DNA of 53,406 bases from Thermoanaerobaculales bacterium (GCA_048061535.1 JBGMRN010000001.1:12703-66108); one strand, 5' to 3'; counted from the stretch's first letter, positions 1-8,964 are shown. The notes: a model not told the origin generated them from the sequence alone. Numbers and translations: made by a program.

Positions 1-366
1 ATCTTCTCGACCGACGAACATCTCGACGCGGATGACCTGCTGGCTCGGATGAAAACAAAACGACGCAAGGTGTCGCGGGCGACGGTTTATCGGACCCTCG
101 ACCTGCTGGTGCAGTGTGGATTGGTGCGCAAGAGCCGTCTCGGGCGAGAGCACTACTTCTACGAGAAGATGGAACCAGGCGGCGGGCACCACCATATGGT
201 GTGCACCGCGACCGGGAAAATCATCGAGTTTTGGGACGCCGACCTCGATGAGCGACTCCGGCGGCTGTGCCAGGACCACAAGTTTCGAGCCACCTTCATT
301 TCGATCCAGATCCAGGGTCTGAGCGAAGAGGGGCAGAAGGTCGAACAGGAAACGTCCTTTTTCTAG
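1..366 (+). CDS. fur: Fur-family metal-uptake transcriptional regulator, 5'-truncated by the window edge
   Basis: Frame 1 is open from nt 1. Translation has a winged-helix segment (SRATVYRTLDLL) and a C-terminal metal-binding/dimerisation region (HHHMVC...IEF). TAG stop at 364-366. Confidence 0.8.
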   Translation: MFSTDEHLDADDLLARMKTKRRKVSRATVYRTLDLLVQCGLVRKSRLGREHYFYEKMEPGGGHHHMVCTATGKIIEFWDADLDERLRRLCQDHKFRATFISIQIQGLSEEGQKVEQETSFF

Positions 367-1622
367 GGAATCAAAAAACAGATCCTTGCGAACTTCCGTT
401 TCCCGACTTGAACCAGCGTGGAGTTTGAACCGTCAATGTCGAGGGTTGCCTTGATGTCGCGCACGACCTGGCCTTCCACCTTGACTCCGCCCTGGGTCAT
501 GAGCCGGCGGGCTTCAGAGTTCGACGAGGCCAATCCGGCGAGAACCAGCGCCTTGACCAACAGAATGCTCTCCGCCGCCACTTCGAGCTCGACTCTTGGA
601 ATGTCCTGCGGCAGGTTACCAGCCGAAAAGATCCTCTCGAACTCGCCCTGCGCGGCGATCGCGTCATCGGGTGAGTGAAACTCGGCAACGATGGTCCGGG
701 CGAGTTGCTTCTTGGCATCCATGGGGTGGAGTTTGCCGGCGGACACCCTTTCACATTCCGCTTCAATTTCAGCTTCTGAGCGATCCGTGAGCAGAAGCCA
801 GTACTTCCACATGAGTTCATCGGAGATCGACATCAGCTTCCCAAACATCTCGTTCGGTTCGTCCTCCACCGCCACGTAGTTCCCGAGCGACTTGGACATC
901 TTCTCGACACCGCCCAGGCCCTCGAGCAGCGGCAGGGTCATCACCACCTGAGGCTCCATCTGGTGCTCCCGCATCAGGTGGCGGCCGACCAAGAGGTTGA
1001 ATAGCTGATCGGTCCCTCCAAGCTCGACGTCCACCTCGAGAGCAACCGAGTCGTACGCCTGGGCTAAAGGATAGAGAAACTCATGCAACGCGATCGGCTG
1101 TTGGGATTCATACCGGGTCCGGAAATCATCGCGTTCGAGCATCTGAGCGACCGTGACCTTGGCGGCCAACCGAATCCACTCGGCGGATCCGAGCTGTCCG
1201 AGCCATCTCGAGTTGAAGTCGATCACCGTCGTGTCGGGGTCGAGGAGCTTGAAAATCTGACGCCGGTAGGTTGCTGCGTTGACTTCGATCTCCTCGGGAG
1301 TGAGTTGCGGCCGGGTGGACTTCTTGCCTGTCGGATCACCAATCAGCCCCGTAAAATCACCAATCAGGAAGACAACTCTGTGACCGAGCTGCTGGAAGTG
1401 ACGCATCTTGCGGATCACGACCGTGTGCCCGAGGTGAAGGTCGGGCGCCGAGGGATCGAAACCGACCTTGACCGTCAGAGGCTTCCCGGTCTTCTGACAA
1501 CGACGCAGCTTGTCCGCAAGCTGTTCATCCGGGATGACGTCAACGCAACCCTTCTTGAGGTAGCTCAGTTGTTCGTCGATGTCGCTCTGGTGCACTCCAC
1601 TCCTCCTCGTCACGTCAGGCAC
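363..1622 (-). CDS. tyrS: Tyrosyl-tRNA synthetase
   Basis: Class I signatures HLGH and KMSKSLGN plus a C-terminal S4-like domain. GTG start at 1622; an alternative in-frame GTG lies at 1595. Confidence 0.93.
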   Translation of the reverse strand: MPDVTRRSGVHQSDIDEQLSYLKKGCVDVIPDEQLADKLRRCQKTGKPLTVKVGFDPSAPDLHLGHTVVIRKMRHFQQLGHRVVFLIGDFTGLIGDPTGKKSTRPQLTPEEIEVNAATYRRQIFKLLDPDTTVIDFNSRWLGQLGSAEWIRLAAKVTVAQMLERDDFRTRYESQQPIALHEFLYPLAQAYDSVALEVDVELGGTDQLFNLLVGRHLMREHQMEPQVVMTLPLLEGLGGVEKMSKSLGNYVAVEDEPNEMFGKLMSISDELMWKYWLLLTDRSEAEIEAECERVSAGKLHPMDAKKQLARTIVAEFHSPDDAIAAQGEFERIFSAGNLPQDIPRVELEVAAESILLVKALVLAGLASSNSEARRLMTQGGVKVEGQVVRDIKATLDIDGSNSTLVQVGKRKFARICFLIP

Positions 1623-1648
1623 TTCATCCCGGATCCATCCAGTCTCCC

Positions 1649-3664
1649 TCAGGGATCGTCGAAATCAAGGATGGGCAACAATCCGGCCCCGGTCGTCTCC
1701 AGGCTCGCCCAATCGGCCAATTTGCCGAGGCCGGCGCTCACGGGCTCTGCAGAGACCAGGAGAATCTGCATCTCGAGATCGCTGGGCGCCCTCCATACCG
1801 CTGCTCCGGCCGCGATCGCCGCACATCGGCGAGACCGACCTACGACGCCGCTCCAAGCGGCGGCGCTGACCGCGGCCGCGCGCCTGCGAATCTCAACCAG
1901 TTCCTCCTCGGTTGTAGGCCGCGTGAACTCTTCCCACCGCTCGCGAAGCACGTCGCCGAGCTCGTCAACCTGAGAGGCTGCGGTAGCCACAAGGAGCAGC
2001 ACCTGCCGCCCGGGAACAAACGGCGCCAGAATCTCGGCCGAACCTTCGGGAACGAGGTTCTCCGCCCGCCGTGCAAAAAGGTCGGCCATTACCAACGCAA
2101 ATGCCTCGTCTCCGGTGGAATCCAACTCGAGCGCCACAACGAGAACCGACTCGTCTCCGGCTGCCGCCACCCTCGTCCGGGGTATCGGGGCCACCTGCAG
2201 ACCGGCGGCGTCGGCTCGGCGTTCTCCGCCTCCTATCCAGAACTTGCGCAGAGCCTCGGCGGCCGCCTCGCCATCTCCGGCCACCACACCCAGGGCAATA
2301 TTGCCCGGACGCAGGAGTTCGGCCGGCGACAACGCCGCACCTCCCGAGAGTCCCAGGATCCCTCCCATCAGAGCCAACGCCCGGCGCCGCGCCCCGCCGC
2401 CGTCACCCTCCACAGATCTGGTGTCGTCCGCCATCCGCACGAGGGCCGCGTGCAGGAGTTCGCTCAGCTCCCCGAAGTCGTCGGCCGGCGCCGCCACCTC
2501 GAGGAGAGGCGGGCGAACGTTGACGCGAACCCAGCCGGGGCGCTCTTCACCGGCCCGAAGCTCACCTGCGAGGCGTGCCAGAATGGTCGCGCTCAACTCT
2601 CCTTCCACGTCCGGTACCATCACCGGCCGAAGGCTCACTGCCGCCAATTCTGCCCCGGGGCGATCGAGAATGACCGCCGCAAGACCGTTTTCGAGATGGA
2701 TTGCTTCCGGAGGTGCGGCGAATCGAGGATTGAATGTTCGTGGAGGTAGCACGATCACAATTCGTCCCGGATGTCGGGGAAGCCACCGCTGTGCCGCATC
2801 CCGAACCCCGTCCAGGGTCACTCCCTCTCCGGCAAAGAGAAACTCGGCGATCGCTTCGACGCCTCCGAGCCTCCATAATTCCAGGAGATGTTCGGCGCCC
2901 TCCGGCACCTGCTCCAGCAGCGCTTTCCTGCGAACCTGCAGCCGCATCGAGGCGGAATCGACCTGGGCTGCCTGGAGCCTGGAATCGGTAGCGATTCGCG
3001 CCAGGCCGAGGCGTAACCGGCGAACGGTCAAATCTGCCAACTCGGGGTCACTCCGACTTTCGAGCACACCGCGTTCGCCGTCAATGCGGCTGCGAAGACC
3101 TTCAATGTCTTCGGAAAAAACGTCCGGCAAGAGTTCCCAGAGCACCTCGACGGTGCTTCTCAGGGGATCTGAGGGCGCGGGAAGATCAACCTCGAGCCGA
3201 ATCTCGGCCTCACTTCCGGGCGATCCAAGGCGCCGTATGAGGCTCCCGTCAACAAGGTTGACCCGCGGACGTTTCAGCGTTTCTCGAGGCCGCCTTCCCT
3301 CCAGAAGCCGTCCGATGTGGGCACGAAGATCGGCTGCAGAGACCCCACCCACGGCAATCACGACGGCGGGGGCGGGATCCTCGCCGCTGAGGGCCGCGTC
3401 GAGATCGGCCGCCAGCGTGAGTTCGCCGCTGATCACGAGGCCGGTCTCTCCCGCCTCGGCAGAATCCACGGCCGGCCAAGCTACGGTTGTAGCGTTCGAC
3501 AACGGCTGAGCCACGAGTACCAGCTCGGTACCATTCCCCAGGCGGGTCACGTGCAGCGCCTGGCCATCGGCCACCGGAACCACGCCGAGGATCGCGGCAA
3601 CCAACACCAGCCCGCTACCAAAACCTTGAAGGCGTGAACGTTGCACCATCATAGCGGCCGTCAT
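1649..3664 (-). CDS. Secreted two-lobed M16 (pitrilysin)-like protein with no HxxEH motif seen
   Basis: Long ORF with an N-terminal signal-like segment after the ATG at 3664 (MTAAMMVQRSRLQGFGSGLVLVAAILG). Repeated alpha/beta lobes resemble inactive M16 subunits. The product call is weak. Confidence 0.55.
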   Translation of the reverse strand: MTAAMMVQRSRLQGFGSGLVLVAAILGVVPVADGQALHVTRLGNGTELVLVAQPLSNATTVAWPAVDSAEAGETGLVISGELTLAADLDAALSGEDPAPAVVIAVGGVSAADLRAHIGRLLEGRRPRETLKRPRVNLVDGSLIRRLGSPGSEAEIRLEVDLPAPSDPLRSTVEVLWELLPDVFSEDIEGLRSRIDGERGVLESRSDPELADLTVRRLRLGLARIATDSRLQAAQVDSASMRLQVRRKALLEQVPEGAEHLLELWRLGGVEAIAEFLFAGEGVTLDGVRDAAQRWLPRHPGRIVIVLPPRTFNPRFAAPPEAIHLENGLAAVILDRPGAELAAVSLRPVMVPDVEGELSATILARLAGELRAGEERPGWVRVNVRPPLLEVAAPADDFGELSELLHAALVRMADDTRSVEGDGGGARRRALALMGGILGLSGGAALSPAELLRPGNIALGVVAGDGEAAAEALRKFWIGGGERRADAAGLQVAPIPRTRVAAAGDESVLVVALELDSTGDEAFALVMADLFARRAENLVPEGSAEILAPFVPGRQVLLLVATAASQVDELGDVLRERWEEFTRPTTEEELVEIRRRAAAVSAAAWSGVVGRSRRCAAIAAGAAVWRAPSDLEMQILLVSAEPVSAGLGKLADWASLETTGAGLLPILDFDDP

Positions 3665-3759
3665 GGTAGCATGCCGACCGCAGGCGCTATACTGAGCGAG
3701 ATGCCTCGGAGGCCGGCCGAACGTCGCCGCCGCCAATCCAACCCGAAGGAGTTACCGTG

Positions 3760-4269
3760 ATGAACAACAAGGTCGAGCAGGCTTTGAACGAACAGATCCA
3801 TGCCGAGTTTTTCTCCTTCTACCTCTACCTCTCGGTGGCGGCTTTTTTCACCGGCCGACACCTCGACGGATTCGCTCACTGGATGCGAATTCAGGCCCAG
3901 GAGGAGTTCGGCCATGCGATGAAGCTCTTCGACTATCTCAATGAACGTGGCGGGACGGTCCAGCTATTGACGCTGGAAGCGCCGCAACGCGAGTGGTCCT
4001 CGGCCTCGGACGCGATCGAGGAGGTTCTCAAACATGAGCAATACATCAGCGGACGCATCAATCGTCTGGTAGACCTCGCCACCGAAGAAAACGACCATGC
4101 GACCACGGTGATGCTGCACTGGTACGTTGCCGAGCAGGTCGAGGAGGAGGCGACGGCCGACACCCTCTTCCACCAGGTGAAGATGATCGAGGCGAGTCCT
4201 CACGGCCTGCTGATGATCGACCGCGAGCTAGCCGGTCGTGCCGCGCCGACAACGGACACCGCGACGTAG
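3760..4269 (+). CDS. ftn: Ferritin (non-heme, Ftn type)
   Basis: Ferroxidase-centre residues (NEQIHAEF, QEEFGHA, EQVEEE). AAGGAG at 3746-3751 sits 8 nt before the ATG at 3760; a GTG at 3757 is also possible. Confidence 0.9.
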   Translation: MNNKVEQALNEQIHAEFFSFYLYLSVAAFFTGRHLDGFAHWMRIQAQEEFGHAMKLFDYLNERGGTVQLLTLEAPQREWSSASDAIEEVLKHEQYISGRINRLVDLATEENDHATTVMLHWYVAEQVEEEATADTLFHQVKMIEASPHGLLMIDRELAGRAAPTTDTAT

Positions 4270-4434
4270 CCTGTTCCCCTCCGGAAACTCCGAAGGGGAC
4301 GGCGCGGTCCTCGATGCTTCACGAGCGATTTTTCTGCAAGATCAAGGAAAACAAGGGTTTCCGCGGAGACGTACTCCCGTACGTCGCACAAGGAAATTCG
4401 CAGTAGCAGAAAGATGGTGGGATATGCGGGCTAG
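4267..4434 (+). mobile_element. MITE-like element, copy B1 (subfamily B)
   Basis: About 85 bp are near-identical to the reverse complement of 14026-14107. Termini are TAGCCTG at the 5' end and GCGGGCTAG at the 3' end. The 3' module AGAAAGATGGTGGGATATGCGGGCTA is shared with the A copies. Confidence 0.75.
4276..4298 (+). terminator. Hairpin directly after the ferritin stop (CCCCTCCGG-aaact-CCGAAGGGG), inside element B1
   Basis: 8 of 9 bp stem starting 7 nt after the TAG, with no U-tract. The homologous hairpin in copy B2 shows a compensatory G-C to A-T change. Confidence 0.35.
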
Positions 4435-4453
4435 CCCGTACTGCAGCGGCTCC

Positions 4454-5341
4454 CTACTCCGGTGGGCCGTTGACACAGGCCACCAGGTGCTCGACGAGGG
4501 CGCGAGCCACATCGACCCCGGTGGCCTCTTCAAGGCAAAGGAAGCCGGGGGTGGGGTTGACCTCGAGGATCACCGGTCCATGCTCTCCTGCCACCATGTC
4601 GATTCCACAATGGCCGAGGCCCAAGATTCTTGCCGCGGAGACCGCCAGTCGTTTCTCGTCCGAATCGGGGGTTATTTTCTCGGCCGATCCACCTCGAGCT
4701 GCATTCGAACGCCACTCCCCGGCCCCCGCGCTGAAGCGAGCGGCAGCCACGACCTCGGCGCCCACTACCAACAGGCGATGACTGTTCCGACCTCCCGGAA
4801 GCCATCGCTGGACGACGACCTCGTCTCCAACCCTCCACAATGAATCAAGAACCGCCTCCAGGTGGTCTCGGGCCGTGCAGAGAATCACGCCGACGCCCAT
4901 CCTTGACTGCCGCTGTTTCACCACCACCGGCAGGCCGAGATCGCGGACGGCCGCCTCAGCGAGAGTCTCCGGGTCTGCTCCAGCCAGGGTCGACGGCACC
5001 GGCAGGTCTGCCGCTGCGAGCAAGCGGATGGTCTGCCAATGGTCCCGCCCAATGCGGATGGCGGAGGGTGAGTTGGGCGTGGCGGCACCACTGTCAACGC
5101 AGGCCTCGAGCACGGCAAGCACGCTTGCGGGTCTCCAGTTGCCCACCCGCGCCAGAACCCCGTCCGGAGGATGTTCGAGGACATCGTCAGCGACCAGCCG
5201 GGATGCGCCTCCTGCCCCGGCAATGGCTGGAACAGTGGTGGCGTCGATCAACGCCAGGTCCAGCCCGAGGTCCACGGCGGTCTCTGCCAACCGGTGATTG
5301 GTTCGGGTCTCGGGGCGGGCGGTGAGCAGCAGGAGATGCAT
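4454..5341 (-). CDS. RimK-family ATP-grasp ligase
   Basis: ATP-grasp fold similarity (ILEVNPTPG, VVKQRQSRMGVGV). ATG at 5341 (MHLLLLTA) is preferred over the TTG at 5359. Confidence 0.75.
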   Translation of the reverse strand: MHLLLLTARPETRTNHRLAETAVDLGLDLALIDATTVPAIAGAGGASRLVADDVLEHPPDGVLARVGNWRPASVLAVLEACVDSGAATPNSPSAIRIGRDHWQTIRLLAAADLPVPSTLAGADPETLAEAAVRDLGLPVVVKQRQSRMGVGVILCTARDHLEAVLDSLWRVGDEVVVQRWLPGGRNSHRLLVVGAEVVAAARFSAGAGEWRSNAARGGSAEKITPDSDEKRLAVSAARILGLGHCGIDMVAGEHGPVILEVNPTPGFLCLEEATGVDVARALVEHLVACVNGPPE

Positions 5342-5397
5342 GGCGTTATCGTAACTCAAGATGAGCCCACGTTCGGGAAACCGGTATACTCTCGAGA

Positions 5398-6777
5398 ATG
5401 ATCCAAGGCAACCTGGACCGCCTCCACTTCGGGGACCTTCTGGAATGGCTCCAGATGGGTGGAATCAGCGGACGTCTGGTGCTCTTGGATGACTTCGGCC
5501 AGCGGCGTCTCGATTTTCTCGACGGGCGGATAGTCTATGTTTCCTCGACGGTGCCTGAAGAGAGGCTTGCCACCGTTCTTGCCAGACGGAAGCTGGTCCC
5601 GACCGACGAGCTGCGCAAGATCTTGGCCCTGGCGATACTCCGCCAGACCCTGTTCACCGATCTCTTGATCGCCAGAAGTGGGTTGGCGCCTGATGAACTG
5701 CAGCGCAATCTGATCGATCTCGCCGAGGCGATCACCAGCCGAGTCCTGTTCGCACCGAACATCCGGTTCGAACTCGACCCGGCGTATCCGGTCCGGGAAC
5801 TCCTCGGCCTCAGCCTCGACGTGGAACCGCGTCATCTACTGTTGGAAGCCGCACGTCGCACTGACGAAGGCCCGCTGTCCACCGAGCAAGAGGAGCGCCA
5901 CGACCTCCCGTTCACCGGTGAGGCGTTCGAGAGCTTCTTTTGGGATTTGGTGCGAGAGGGATTCACACGAGAGGAGCCGGTCGACGGCGAAGGTATGAAC
6001 GCCCTCCACAGTTTGATACGCGACATTGTCGGCACACTCGCGCAGTGGCTCGCCTCGAGCCCCGGCTTGGTACCGCTGCCTTCCGGCCAGAGTGAGGGAA
6101 TCGCGCGCGACCTTGGCCGTGAGCAGACGATTGGGTTGTTCGGATTGCCCCACACAACCTGGAACCAGATGGTGCTGGCTTGTTCGCTGCGCAGCAGCGA
6201 GCGACGTCGGCCTTTGAAGCTCAACCACCTGGAAGCGTACGCAACCGAACTCGACCTCTGGGAAGAGATGACGGGCAGCGAGTGCTGGCGTCGGCCCCAT
6301 GCCGACAAGCTGGATCGTCTGACGCACCGCGCGGCGGTGTTGTGGTCGCGCGGCGCGGCTGCTGCCGCCGTGCCGCTCGGAGTCGATCCGGAAACCGCAT
6401 CCCTGGCCGCCCACCTGGTCACCGTTCCCACCGATCTCGTGCTGTGGGTCCTCACAACGCTACCAGTTCCCCACCGCCACCTGCGCCAAGCCCTTCTGCG
6501 ACATCTTCCACGTCGGGTCGGCTCAAGCCTGGCCCGCCTGGCAGATTTCCCCGCAGCCATCCGTTATCTGTTCGATCCTCAAACGCCGACCCCGCTCGGC
6601 GTGTGCCTCCATCTCAGCCGTGAAAACCTCCCCTCCGCGTCAGCCTGGCCGCAGACTGTTCCCCGAGACGACGACAGCTTGCTGGAAATTGCCTCACCAG
6701 CCGCCCTCGCATTTGCAGCCGAAGCCGTCCGCGAAGCTCTCGAAGAAAGTCCGGACGACCAAGCCGTCAACAGGTGA
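5398..6777 (+). CDS. PATAN/DUF4388 domain protein with a long uncharacterised C-terminal region
   Basis: N-terminus MIQGNLDRLHFGDLLEWLQMGGISGRLVLLDDFGQRRLDFLDGRIVY matches the DUF4388/PATAN signature. The remaining roughly 350 aa have no domain I recognise. Confidence 0.7.
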   Translation: MIQGNLDRLHFGDLLEWLQMGGISGRLVLLDDFGQRRLDFLDGRIVYVSSTVPEERLATVLARRKLVPTDELRKILALAILRQTLFTDLLIARSGLAPDELQRNLIDLAEAITSRVLFAPNIRFELDPAYPVRELLGLSLDVEPRHLLLEAARRTDEGPLSTEQEERHDLPFTGEAFESFFWDLVREGFTREEPVDGEGMNALHSLIRDIVGTLAQWLASSPGLVPLPSGQSEGIARDLGREQTIGLFGLPHTTWNQMVLACSLRSSERRRPLKLNHLEAYATELDLWEEMTGSECWRRPHADKLDRLTHRAAVLWSRGAAAAAVPLGVDPETASLAAHLVTVPTDLVLWVLTTLPVPHRHLRQALLRHLPRRVGSSLARLADFPAAIRYLFDPQTPTPLGVCLHLSRENLPSASAWPQTVPRDDDSLLEIASPAALAFAAEAVREALEESPDDQAVNR

Positions 6778-6780
6778 AGC

Positions 6781-8964
6781 TCACGAATTCTCCTGCGGTA
6801 GAGCCATGGTGACCTCGGTGCCCTCGGCCATCTCACTGGCGATGGAAATGGTACCACCGTGATTCTCCATCACCCGTTTGGCGATGGTGAGCCCCAGACC
6901 GACACCCCTCGGTTTTCCGGTCAGCACGTTGCCGCCCTGCCAAAAGGCCTCGCTGACGTGGGGCAACTCCTTTTTGGGAATTCCCACTCCCGTGTCGGTC
7001 ACCCTGAGGAGGAGCCATGAGTCTTCACCGCGCATGACTCGCCGTACTTCGAGCTTGACCTCACCGCCGGTCTGGTTGAATTCGATGGCATTCTTGATCA
7101 CTGCCCGCAGCGCAGCCTCGATCGTCTCAGCCTCACAGAAGATTGTCTCGAGTCCGCTGGGAATGAGGACATGAAGCTGCACCTGGCGCTCACGCGCGAG
7201 GTCGCGGAGGGGAGCGATGGCGCGCCGGAAGAGATCCTCGGCCGGTACCGCGCGACGCTCGAGGTTGCTTTCGGTCTCGGCCAAAATGGACGCCTGAACA
7301 ATGCTCTGGATAATCTCGGAGAGCTTTTCCGACTCCTCGCGAATGATGGTGACAAAGCGAGCCCCTTTTTCGGCCGGTTCATCCTTGAACCGATCGAGGA
7401 TCTTGGCAGCGGTGACCAACGATGTCACCGGGGTTCGCAACTCGCTGGATATCCGTGTGATGAGCTCGTTCTTGACCTGATCCAGGGCGGAAAGGTCCTT
7501 ATATGCGTCGTTCAGAAGGGTGTTTTTCTCCGCCAGATCACTTGCCAGTCGTCCCGCCTCGTCGAGGCTCTTGCGCAACTCGGCTGTTTGTTCGCTCACT
7601 TGGCCCTCGAGGCTGCGGTTGAACTCCTGCACCTGCCTCCAGGCAAGGGCGTTGGTATAGCCCATCGCGGCGGCGGAACCGAGAACGGTCGCCAGCTGGA
7701 GATCATCCTCGTCGAGGGCAGCGCGGTCGCCGTCTCCATACGCGGTGAGGAGACCCACGACCTTCTCCTGGGCGATGAGGGGTACGATCAGGGCAGATGC
7801 AAAACCAGCGCTTTCGATGGCTGCAATCTGAAAGTTCTCTTCCTCATCCTCGATTTCGCGCGCCAACAACACGGGTTCTTGTTCGTTGAGCAATGTGGTC
7901 GCCGTGGTCTCACCGGCTTCGTCGGCGGTGCTGAGCAGAGGATCACGCTTGAAACCATGGACCACCGCCTCCCGCAGCTGCCCCGAACCCGGCACGATCA
8001 TCACCGCAGCCCCCTGGACCTGCAACTGCCGGATGGTGGTCGTGATCAACAAACGGAGCACGTTCGCCGGATCGCGCTCGTTGCTGACGGCCTTGCCGAA
8101 CTCGCTGATACTGGCCATCACCCGCAGCTGTCGTTCGAGTTGGCGACTGAGTATGTCGAGACGAGCGTTGAGGTCGGTCATCGCCATGTTGGCGCGAACC
8201 GCTTCACCGACCAGAGCATCCTCCCCAAGTGGTTGGGTTGCATCCGCCTGCCCGGACGGAAGGGTGATCTCAACGGCGTCGCTCGCCGGCGGATTTTCGT
8301 CTCGCATCACGTATGGCTGCATCGCCAGGCGCATCTGCTGTTGGAGCCGCTGGATGGCCTGAGGATTCGTGCCCACACCGAGCTTGTCGGCGACTGCCGC
8401 CAGGGTCCGCTCACCGACCACCGCAAAGGCATCGAGCACGCCGTCTCCGGTCACCGCCACCGACGGAAACGAAGGCAGATGATCCGGGTTGAGGGTGGCA
8501 TCCATCTCAGCCACGGACTGGACAGGGTCGAGGTCCCGCTTGTTGAAGAGAAAGATGACGGGGGTCCGCTCTCGATCGAGGCCGTTGGCCGCGAGATTCT
8601 CCCAGAGGTTCTCCAGCGACGCGCGGTTCGGTTCCTCCTGGCCCACCTGGGAATCGGCCACGAACACCACGCCGTCTGCGCCGGCAAGCACTGCCCGCCG
8701 CGTCGCGTTGTACTGCACCTGGCCGGGCACGGTGTAGAGCTGGAGCGCCAACCGGTAGCCGCGAATCCGGCCGAGATTGAGGGAAAGTAGATCGAAAAAG
8801 AGGGTCCGATCCGAGGCCGTGTTGAGAGAGTAGAGTTTTGTCCTGCGTTGTGGATCGGTCACTCGATGAATATGTTGGAGACAGGTCGTCTTGCCGCCCA
8901 GGGCAGGCCCGTAGTAGACGACCTTGATCTTGATCTGGCGGTACTGGTTGTCGAACTGAACCAT
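6781..8964 (-). CDS. Fusion protein: MglA-like small GTPase + GAF + HisKA (His to Ser) + HATPase_c
   Basis: N-terminus has GPALGGKTT (P-loop), LYTVPGQ (MglA-type switch II with Thr in place of Asp) and NKRDL (G4). The middle is GAF-like. The C-terminus has ISSELRTP (H-box without His), KNAIEFN (N-box), TDTGVGI (G1) and GVGLGLTIA (G2). The ATG at 8964 has GGGGGAG 10 nt upstream; the 56 codons up to 9132 look non-coding. Confidence 0.85.
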   Translation of the reverse strand: MVQFDNQYRQIKIKVVYYGPALGGKTTCLQHIHRVTDPQRRTKLYSLNTASDRTLFFDLLSLNLGRIRGYRLALQLYTVPGQVQYNATRRAVLAGADGVVFVADSQVGQEEPNRASLENLWENLAANGLDRERTPVIFLFNKRDLDPVQSVAEMDATLNPDHLPSFPSVAVTGDGVLDAFAVVGERTLAAVADKLGVGTNPQAIQRLQQQMRLAMQPYVMRDENPPASDAVEITLPSGQADATQPLGEDALVGEAVRANMAMTDLNARLDILSRQLERQLRVMASISEFGKAVSNERDPANVLRLLITTTIRQLQVQGAAVMIVPGSGQLREAVVHGFKRDPLLSTADEAGETTATTLLNEQEPVLLAREIEDEEENFQIAAIESAGFASALIVPLIAQEKVVGLLTAYGDGDRAALDEDDLQLATVLGSAAAMGYTNALAWRQVQEFNRSLEGQVSEQTAELRKSLDEAGRLASDLAEKNTLLNDAYKDLSALDQVKNELITRISSELRTPVTSLVTAAKILDRFKDEPAEKGARFVTIIREESEKLSEIIQSIVQASILAETESNLERRAVPAEDLFRRAIAPLRDLARERQVQLHVLIPSGLETIFCEAETIEAALRAVIKNAIEFNQTGGEVKLEVRRVMRGEDSWLLLRVTDTGVGIPKKELPHVSEAFWQGGNVLTGKPRGVGLGLTIAKRVMENHGGTISIASEMAEGTEVTMALPQENS

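Noticed and set aside
7171-8790. Very long ORFs antisense to well-supported genes: 7171-8790, 2115-3509, 15973-17277, 35837-37378, 38637-39659, 40629-41636 and 49441-50895.
   Set aside because: This is the usual artefact of GC-rich DNA, where stop codons are rare in the antisense frames of real genes. The translations are Arg/Gly/Pro/Ala-rich and low in complexity, carry no motifs, and each fully overlaps a gene with unmistakable homology (kinase, M16-like protein, purD, lon, clpX, tig, atpD).
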